The notes below the pieces were generated by a model. That model did not search any database, was not told the origin of the DNA, and saw only the letters and a list, made by a program, of their open reading frames with translations. This document shows, piece by piece, positions 62,256 to 64,000 of a stretch of DNA of 64,000 bases. This DNA is from Klebsormidium nitens (Eukaryota; Plantae; Klebsormidiophyceae): assembly GCA_000708835.1 (NCBI GenBank), contig DF236982.1:1-64000 (forward strand). The letters run 5' to 3'. How positions within the stretch are numbered: the stretch's first letter is position 1; each line of letters opens with the position of its first letter. A program made the position numbers and the translations under genes.

Positions 62256-63002
62256 GGATGCCCATTTGAAACCAACCGGACCAAGTGTCCCTTCTCGAGG
62301 AAGTTGCTTTACGTCCCTGAAGTTTCTAATCAAGTTTGCACACGGGCTTTGGTGGTGCCCTCTTCCAGCGACCTGCATCATAGTTCGAAGCTTCAATGTC
62401 AAGCCACCTTCTGGCGTACGCGAACCAAATTAAGCTCGATTGGGCTTCGCTAGTGTCTCGCGAGACTTACGGACGGAAAGTTCCAAGAAATCAGAACGGG
62501 GAAGCACATTCTCCGCAGATAAGAAGTGCAGATGCTGTATTATGAGGAGAACCCTTGCACTTGTTCAATCGTAGATTGGTTGGGGATCGTTACGCAGGTT
62601 CTAAAAACTGAAGTACGAAGATGGAGCAGCTGCAACGCGAGTACAGCTAGGTTCTTCCTGCCAGCTCGTAGTCAGCGCTCCATTATGAACGAAGTGATGC
62701 GGGGCAACGCGACACAGACAATTTTGTTTGTCGAAGGAGGTCTTTTACTCCAGGTCTTGCTACCATTATCCCGAAGATCACGATCTTCGGGATCTGTGCT
62801 CGACTCTTGTCGCGCGCATGAGTAGAGTTTGAATAGATGGAAGAAGCAGACATCCGACGCAATGCTTAAGAAATCCATAGAATCAGTTGCGACGTTGGGC
62901 TTTGTGACAGAAAAACACACTACAACTAACCTACTCCAACCAATTCCATCCGCAATGCTCAAAGCAGTTTGGGAAACCGAAGAATGGTCACGGCGGGCTC
63001 AC

Positions 63003-63121
63003 TGTTTCCCGGTCGCTTCTTTCAGCCTCGAGGTGATGGCGCTCTTGGGTCCCGGCATGTCCTTGTCCACGAGCTCGTGGGGCATCGTCATAAGTTCGAA
63101 TACCGGTTTGAAAATGGACTT
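63003..63121 (-). CDS. Internal exon of a gene extending beyond the window (unknown product)
   Basis: Acceptor ctcctgtaccgggcag| and donor |gtgagc. Open GC3-rich frame KSIFKPVFELMTMPHELVDKDMPGPKSAITSRLKEATGK. Confidence 0.55.
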
Positions 63122-63124
63122 CTG

Positions 63125-63830
63125 CCCGGTACAGGAGAGCGGGAAAACGGGTTAGTAACAAGTCCCTTCAGATTTGATTCGATCTTGAACACCGGCCACT
63201 TCTACTTGGGACAGAAGAGCAGAAAAGACGGTTAGTCACGAGTTCATGGGGCGTCGTCATGATCTCGATTTTACGGCCGGACTTAACTTCTGCCAGCCAC
63301 AAATGAACAGGGGAATTGGTCAGTAACAAGCTCCTGGAGCGTCACTACCGGTCAGGAACGAGTCGTTGGGGGAAGGTTACAATATTGAACACCGGCCGGA
63401 AGAACGACTTCTACCGGGCACAAAACAGCAGAGAACCGGTCAGCGACAAGCTCCTGCGGGTCAGTAACGAGTCGTCGCGGGATGGTTATAATGTCGAACA
63501 CCGGTCGGAAAAAGGACTTCTGCCGGGCACACAAGAGCAGGGGAAACGGTCGGTAACAAGCTCCCGGGGGATTTTCCCTTCCTCAAATACCGGCCACTTC
63601 TGCCCGGTACAGAAGAGCGACAAGGTTGGTAACGACCTTCCGGGGCATCGTCATGGTTCTCGTACACCGGCCGGCAGAAAAGGGTAAAGGAACCGGTCAG
63701 CAACAAATCCCCAGCGAATTGTTGTTTCGGCCTGTATGCTTCTTATACAGGCCGAAAAAAGGACTTTTGCCGGGCGCAGGAGAGCAGGCAGACGGGTCAG
63801 TAACGAGCTCCCGGGAGTTTGCCACGAAGA
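63125..63830 (-). repeat. Degenerate tandem array echoing the acceptor and start of exon 63121-63003
   Basis: Recurrent accggc...acttctgccnggnacagaagagc...cggtcagtaac(a/g)agctc units, roughly 7-8 copies. Confidence 0.78.
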
Positions 63831-64000
63831 CCGGAAGGGAGACCTTCTCCTTTACTCTCCTCTATGTAAAGAGACCGCATCGCAGAGTCCGACAGAGAGG
63901 AAGCAGCGCCTTCGCACCCTTTCGAAAGGTAGGCGCGTTGACAGCTCGACGAATCCGCAGAGGATTTTTGATTGGAGTCGGAAAGGAGTGCACTTGGAAA

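Overview
Eukaryotic, intron-rich genomic DNA from a green-lineage organism. Plant-type orthologues, GC3-rich exons and canonical GT-AG introns suggest a streptophyte alga such as Klebsormidium (inference). Manual exon reconstruction supports these genes: the 3' part of a dihydrofolate synthetase (FolC family, +); a 21-exon secreted acetamidase/formamidase-family gene (-); a type-I membrane protein with two Cys-rich CBM52/galaxin-like repeats (+, 5' end obscured near a 498-N gap); a secreted dirigent/AOC-barrel protein (+, apparent +1 frameshift); PCH2/TRIP13 (-); ATG9 (+); an intronless secreted orphan (+); complex I subunit NDUFB8 (-); an intronless 507-aa disordered protein with ESCRT MIM1-like motifs (+); and two orphan exons. 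There are two TA-flanked MITE-like elements, a 107-bp perfect hairpin and several tandem arrays. The most striking unexplained pattern is pervasive 'splice-junction echoes'. At least ten introns in six genes contain tandem, degenerate copies of the adjacent exon end plus its splice site (and often the branch region), and in the longest ladder identity decays with distance from the true exon. A palindromic TGACGTCA motif, often at branch-point positions, is about 20-fold over-represented. No rRNA, tRNA or CRISPR features were found.
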